Shown here: positions 57,176-64,000 of the stretch, one piece after another
Layout: every line of letters starts with the position of its first letter
Numbering within the stretch: position 1 is the stretch's first letter
NCBI RefSeq assembly: GCF_009914755.1
Contig: NC_060947.1
DNA length: 64,000 bases
Origin: the human T2T-CHM13v2.0 reference genome, Homo sapiens
Strand: one strand, 5' to 3'
Translations under genes and position numbers: made by a program
The notes under the pieces: model-generated
What the model saw: the letters and a program-made list of their open reading frames with translations, nothing else
Told to the model about the DNA's origin: nothing
Databases searched by the model: none

Positions 57176-58189
57176 TAAGAATACCATTTTCTCTCTAATG
57201 TTTATTTCTGGTTACTTTAATTTTTCCTTTTATTTTTCCATTTTTTTTTACTTGTAATTTTCCTACTCAAATAATTGTGCAATCCACATCCAGTTTAATT
57301 ACTAGAATAGATTTTGCATTTGTTTTTCTTTTAAGATATAAAATTGCCTTCCTGCCTTGGTCTAAAAGTATTTGAAATGACAAAAATACCGGACTCTAGA
57401 TATTTTCTGGGACTAAAAGGAAAAATAAACTCATAAGTTGCTATACTGCCATTATCTATATTAATAATCTAAATATAATTTCAAAGTGTTTGGGAATATT
57501 TTTTATTAAACTCCAATAGAATTTTAATATGTTATGATTGTCTTTCAAAATATTACAAGAATAAAAAGGCAAATAATCTATTGTTTATGTAGCAAAAGAA
57601 CAAAAGAAAATATCAAAGAAATAAAATAAATTAAAAACATCAAACAAGATGACAGGAGTAGGATCAAACCTATTAATTACAATAAATTGTATAAATGCAT
57701 TGGATTCCCAAAAATAAGTGTCAAAAATAACTCATATTTGATTATAAAAGTTACAAAATAATAGTCCTATAATAAAAGAAGACCTACAATAAAAACTTCT
57801 AAAACAAAATAAAATGTAAATTTGACAGTTTTTAAACCTATAAGAGAAAAAAATCTCACAAACAGCCTAAAACTTTGAAGTTGTGTGAAAGCACATAACT
57901 CGTTTCCCCAGATAACACTACTCCAAGTAAAACAATATCTTATTAATGACTCAATGGCTAATGGCTTCTGCTTCTACATGCTATGCAGAAAGACATTCAG
58001 CTCACTGCAAAATCTCAAATCCCTTAACCTTTTGTGTTTTCTGGAGTACCTAGAGTGAATTTCACACATGCTCACAAGAAATTCCCCTACTTTCGATGTT
58101 TCCAGTTATTCTACCTTCCACTGGGGATCTACTGGACACTGTTGTGTTTGTAAAAACAGTTATTCATCACGGGGCTTATACTGGTATAG

Positions 58190-58520
58190 CAATTATAATA
58201 ATCTAGATATGTTACAATAACAACTGACTTCAACATTTCAGTTCTTTAAACCATACAGGCATATTTCTATTTCATACTATGTACCCACAGTGGATCACTT
58301 AGGGATCCAGGATGGCAGAAACTTCATTACAAGAGCCACTTTCACATCCATCATAGCAGGAGGAAGGAATTGTAGAAATTATGCATTGGCTCATAAAGTT
58401 TTAACTAAGAAATAATATAAGCCATTTTTATCCACAGTTTCTTGGCCAAAACAAGTATAATTGTTTTATCTAACTTAATAAGTGGAGAGAATGTTGAATT
58501 ATTTGAGGAAGAATTATATT
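58190..58520 (-). mobile_element. MLT1J/K-like ancient LTR
   Basis: caacatttcagttctttaaacc...cacttagggatccaggatggcaga...ttggccaaaacaagt. Confidence 0.55.
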
Positions 58521-59306
58521 GGAATATGTGTATATAGTCCTTATGACTACCATGACCAGATATTACTCTCTCCTGCAATAGTTGAAGCACTAGAATCATT
58601 GAAGCACTGAGGTGCATAGTGTTTTGTTGAAATAAATATTAAATGCCTAATTTCTCTTTTGTCTTATGTTTACCTTCACTTAGAGATATTCCAAACAGTA
58701 ATTCTTTATCTCAAAGCCTTATGGAACCCTTGTTTTCCATTACAGTCAGAAACATATTCAGTGGGGACTGGGCTGTATAGGCAGTAGATATTCAGTACAT
58801 ACATACTGACTGAGTGAATGCTTAAAATAAATCTGAGAGATGATTCTCATGCAGCACTGATATGGCTCACTTTCAGATGACTAGGGCTGTCTTATGGTGT
58901 CAAGCTCATTTTACTTATATCACCTGGATGAGTTTCTAGAAATCTCTTAATAACTCAGGCAAATGATCATCTGAGTCCTAATTATCAATTAATTAGGTAT
59001 ATATAAATCAATGTGAATGCCCTTAGGATTAAGCTGGGACTGAATGCTTATCAGATAATATAAAATTTAATCTTAATCAATAAAACAAAATAGCATAATT
59101 TTATATTGACAAAAAGTACTATCTATGCCTAACTATTTTGCATAATAAAAGCATCAAAATAGATGAAAGAAAACCTATTGGAAGTTCATGCAGAAGACCT
59201 GGAAAAAACTCTAAAATTATATTTGAGATCCCTGGCAAAGTCATGTACTGATATTTTCTTCCCACAGGTACAAATGAGGCTAATATAAATGAGCATGATT
59301 ATTAAT

Positions 59307-59768
59307 TGTCTTAATTTGGATTCCCACAAAAGCAGACACCTAGGACAAGCTTGCATGAAGATAATTTGAAAGTCGTATCTCAGGAAGCAAAAATTAGAAA
59401 AGTGAGAGAAGGGACAGAAAAAATTCAGTAGAGAGTGTGCTAATGAGAAGTTAACACTTTGGAAACTGTGACTCAATCCCACTGGAGACCCTCTGAAGAA
59501 CCACACAAAGTGTGTCTCAAAATAATCCTATGAAGGAGTGAGAATGCTGAGCTATTTATCTACCATACTGCATTAGGCGAAGATTACTCTAGGGGGTTGA
59601 ATTTCCAGCAGCACTGAACTGTCTTGCAAGTGGTCTTACCAGGCTACTGAAATGCCAGAGAAAGTCTCCAGTTAGAGAAACCGAAAGACAAAGGCACTCG
59701 AGGTGGAAAGCTGTCAGCTCAGATGAGCCAAGGGCATATGGGATAGCACATCAATGATAAGTATTATA
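59307..59768 (-). mobile_element. LTR16-type (ERVL) solo LTR
   Basis: ggattcccacaaaagcagacacctag...ctcaatcccactggagaccctctg...gctatttatctacca...gaggtggaaagctgtcagc. Confidence 0.78.
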
Positions 59769-59824
59769 TTAACCTGAGTCTGGCAGAAATTACACTGCTG
59801 CTTCCTGAGAAATAAGGTGCGTAT

Positions 59825-60150
59825 TTTCTTTTTTATTATTTATCAAACTTTAAGTTCTGGGATACATGCTCAGAATGTGCAGGTTTGTTACATAGGTACA
59901 TGTGACATGGTGGTTTGCTGCACTCATCAACTAATCATCTAGGTTTTAAGCCCCACATGCATTAGGTATTTGTCCTAATGTTCTCCCTCCCCTTGCCCCC
60001 CACCCCCAGATAGGCCCCAGTGCGTGATGTTGTTCCCCTCCGTGTGTCCACGTGTTCTCATCGTTCAACTCCCACTTATGAGTGAGAATATGCAGTATTT
60101 GATTTTCTGTTCCTATGTTAGTTTTCTGAGAATGATGGTTTCCTGCTTCA
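59825..60150 (-). mobile_element. L1PA7/8 3' end, 5'-truncated
   Basis: ctttaagttctgggatacatg...atctaggttttaagccccacatgcattagg. tattttc on both flanks. Confidence 0.92.
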
Positions 60151-62267
60151 TATTTTCATTGAAGGAAAATTAACAACATTGGAATATCCCTTGCTTAAAT
60201 TACTTGGATAAACATAAACTGTATTTACTTGCTATTTTTGATTTGTACATATCCATAGTTAGATTAGGTAAGAAACAAACTAAACAAAAAAAAAAAACAA
60301 TAATAGAACACACTCTCACAATAGTATTTTGATATGTATAAAGTAACTCAGATGTAAGTATGCCTCTCTGTACATCAGTCTTCTGTTTACAAAATGCCTG
60401 TTTTAAGACTTAGAATCATTTGTACTGTTTAAAGTTACCACTATCAGACTGAAAGCTTGAAGCATTAAGAAAAATTTGCATACTGATTTGGCATATCATT
60501 TTAACATGCAAAAGGCATGTGAAACACCTTTACTAATTTGTTTTTACATTCTGAAATTACTGTCTTATTGAGACAAAATAATCAGATAGATAAGCACATT
60601 GCATATCAAATTTAATATACTAATTTTAAACAATTTAAGCTAGTGATTCTCAAACTATCCCATTAATTCCCACATATTTAACACACCTGGTCCCCAGTAA
60701 CTAAATATCAGTGATGCCTCCTACTCGTTATGACCACACAGCACTTTATTAACAAAATAAGAATTTCAACAAAGTGCCATTATAAAAAGAAACTATAAAT
60801 AATTTCTGGAGCTGAAAACTAAAATAACTAAATAAATAATAGAAAAATTTAGTAGAGGATTTCAATAGCAGATTTGGGCAATCAGAAAAAGAATCAGCTA
60901 AACTGAAGACAGGATAATAAATACATTTACATTTGAGAAGCAGAAAGCAAAAAAGAATAAAAAAGTGAGCATAGCTTAAGGGATTTATGGAACACCATCA
61001 TGTTAACCAATATACATATTATAGAAATCTCAGAAGGAGAAGAGTTAAAGAACCACCAATATTGTTAAATACTGACCCAAACTTCCCAAATGTGATAGAA
61101 AACATTGATCTACAAATCCAAGGAGTGCTAGAAACTCCAAGTAAGGTAAACCCAGAGATCTACACTGAGACATATTTTAAATAATTAAACAGATAAAAGA
61201 CAAAGACAAAATCTTGAAACCAAAAAGAAAGCAGTGACTCATAGTAGGTAAGTGGTTCTTAATAAAGTGATCAGCATAATTTGAAGAATAAACCTAGAAG
61301 GCCAGAATACGGTGGTTGATAGATTTAAAGTGCTGAAAGGAAAACAAAAGTACCTGTCAACTAAGAATTCTGTATGTTGCAAAGCTATCCTTCAAAAATC
61401 AGGGGGAAATTAAGACACTCCCTGATAAATGAAAGCTGAAGAAGCTTATTTGCAGTAAAGGACATGTCCAACAAAAAAATGTTAAAGGGAGCCCTGCAGG
61501 TTCAATAAAGGGACACTAGAAAGTGGCATATGAACATACAAAGATTATAGATAAGAGCAAAGAAATGGGAAATTATAAAAAAGAGTATTATTGTAATTTT
61601 GGTTTATAAATTTTTATTTTCTGTAGATTTTAAGAGAAGTATACATACAAATAATTATAATTTTATGTTAATGGGTACACAATGTACAAAGATGTATTAT
61701 TTTGCCATCAGTAACATATAGTGGAGAGGGTATAAATCTATACAGGATGAGAGCTTTTGTATGCAATTAAAGTTAAGTTGGTATCAATTCAAATTACGTT
61801 GACATAACTTTAGAATTTTAACTGAAATACCTATGGAAACAACAACGAAAATATCTATACACTATAGCCTAAAGCAAATGAGAAGGGAATCAACATGTGT
61901 TACTTTCAGAAACTAACCACATGCAAAATGCAATAAAAGAGGAAATTGAGGGCAAAAAAAGAGCTACAACTAATAGAGAAAAAAATGATAAAATGGCAAT
62001 AAGTCATTTCTTATTAATTACTTTAAATGTAAATTAATTAAACTCTACTATCAAAATATATAGATTGGCATAATGAATAAAAAACATGATCCAACCCTAT
62101 GCTATTTACACAAGTCTCGATATATACGTAAAGATGCAAATTGGTTAAAAATATAATACTTGGAAATAAACTTAGCCAAGGAGAAAAACGACTACACTGA
62201 AAACTATAAAACTTTATAGAAAAACTTAAAGATGACACAAATAAATGAAAAGGCACTCTATGTGTAC

Positions 62268-62655
62268 CAGATGTATAAAGAAGAGTTGATACCAATTATA
62301 CTGAAACTACTTGAAAAAGAAAGGAAAATGGACTCTTTCATAACTCATTCTACAAAACCAGTATCATCCTGATACCAAAATCTAGCAAAGACACAGAAAA
62401 CAACAACAACAAAAAAAACTACAGGCCAATATTCCTGACCAACATAGACACAAAAATCCTCAACAAAATACTAGCAAACTGAATCCAGCAGCACATCAAA
62501 AAGTTAATTCACCACGATTAATTGGGTTTTATTTTGGGGGTGCAAAAATGGATCAATTTATGCAAATCAATAAATGTGATTCTCCACATAAATCGAATTA
62601 AAAACAAAAAACATATAATCATCTCAATAGATGTAGAAAAAGCATTTAATAAAAT
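62268..62655 (+). mobile_element. Internal RT-region fragment of a younger L1 (L1PB/L1PA16-like) embedded in the old L1
   Basis: taactcattctacaaaaccagtatcatcctgataccaaaa...actacaggccaatattcctgaccaacatagacacaaaaatcctcaacaaaatactagcaaac is well conserved relative to its flanks. Confidence 0.75.
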
Positions 62656-62990
62656 TCACGTACTGGAAGACTTAATATTGTCAAGATGTCAGCACTACTC
62701 AAAATGGTGTACAGATTCAATGCAAACTCTATTAATGTCAAATGACATTATTTTTGAGAAATAGAAAACCCATTTTAAAATTTATATGGAATATCAAGGG
62801 AACCTAAATGGGCAAAAAAAATTAAATGACAAACAAAGTTGGAGGGTTCACACTTCCTAATTTCAAAACTCACTACTACTACTATGTTGCAATAATCAAT
62901 GTAATACCGGCATTACAGTATTGCATTGTACAGTCCAATACATGAATAAAATATAATAGAGAGCTAAGAAAAAAAAACTCATATATACGT

Positions 62991-63358
62991 TGCTATGGTT
63001 TGAATGTTTGGCCCCTCCAAGACTCATGTTGAAATTTATTTTGCCATTGTAAGAATATTAAGCGGTAGGAATTTTAAGAGATAATTAGGCCATAAGAATG
63101 CTTCCTTCATCAAAGGATTAATGTAATTACTGTATGAGTGGGTCCCTTATGAAATGATTAATTTGGCCCCCTTTTATCTCTCTCACCCTCTCTTTAACCT
63201 TCCACCATGGGATGACATAGCAAGATGGCCATCTCAAGATGCCAGGCTCTCAATATTGAACTTCGCAGCATTCAGAACTCTGAGCCAACAAATTTCTGTT
63301 CATTATAAATTATTCAGTCTATGATATTCTATCATAGCAGCAAAACCAGACTAAGGCA
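62991..63358 (+). mobile_element. MSTB/MSTC solo LTR
   Basis: tgctatggtttgaatgtttggcccctccaagactcatgttgaaattta...aaatttctgttcattataaatta...agactaaggca. Confidence 0.87.
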
Positions 63359-64000
63359 TATGGTCATATAATTTTCACGAGTATGTCATTCAAGGGGAAA
63401 AGGGATAGTTTCTCCAACAAATTGCTATTTAAAAACTGGATTTATATATGCAATAGAATAAAATTTGACCCTTACCTCAGGTCACATACAAAAGTTAAGT
63501 CAATATAAATCAAATGCTTAAACATTGAACTAAAACTAAAGAACTTTTAGAAGAGAGGTTAAGAGAACATCATAACATTGGATTTAGCAAGGATTTCTTA
63601 GGAAACTAGGTTACAATGATAGACAAAATGGACTTCATCAAAATTAAAAATTGTGTATCAAACAGAACTATAAATAGAGTGAAAAGACAACCCAAAATAT
63701 GGGAGAAAATATTTGCTAATCATATATCTGATATAGGATTATATCTATAATATATAAAGAGCTCCTATAACTCAACAAGCAAAACCAAACAACTCAGATA
63801 GAACAGACTTGAATAGACATTTCTACAAATAAGATATAGGAATCACTGATAAGCACATGAAAAGGTTTTGAGCATCGGCAATCAGTAGGGAAATAAAAAT
63901 CAATACCATGAGATACTACTGCACCCCCATTATGATGTTTATTATAAAACAAACAAACAAACAGAAAATACCAAGTGTTGGCATACATATGCAGATATTG

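Larger units (their letters stand above)
60760..64000 (+). mobile_element. Old L1M (MA9/MB-like): ORF1 and deleted ORF2, running off the window end
   Basis: ORF1-like PNFPNVIENIDLQIQ (60987-61184), ORF2 start near 61990 and ORF2 C-terminal motifs to 64000. Confidence 0.85.

Overview
Primate (human-like), AT-rich, repeat-dense genomic DNA. I found no supportable intact protein-coding gene. The ORF track comes almost entirely from decayed L1 ORF1/ORF2, antisense Alu, LTR/ERVL sequence and microsatellites. Most of the window is nested mobile elements: L1s of many ages (L1PA2 to L1ME), Alus, full-length MSTA and MLT1A elements, solo LTRs, ERVL gag/pol remnants, MIR and DNA transposons. The most notable non-routine items are: a SNORD45B (U45B) C/D snoRNA retrocopy with a dead box D (13847-13917); a 755-bp orphan polyadenylated insertion with a perfect 16-bp target-site duplication (TSD) (17793-18547); a 36-bp templated insertion copied from 1.7 kb away; a 17-nt MADE1/Hsmar1 inverted-repeat filler at a ~2-kb L1 deletion junction; twin-priming L1 inversions; several tandem duplications; and a few weak candidate exons. 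I see no evidence for a new multi-gene system. Subfamily names come from recalled consensus motifs, and boundaries are approximate unless a TSD is given.
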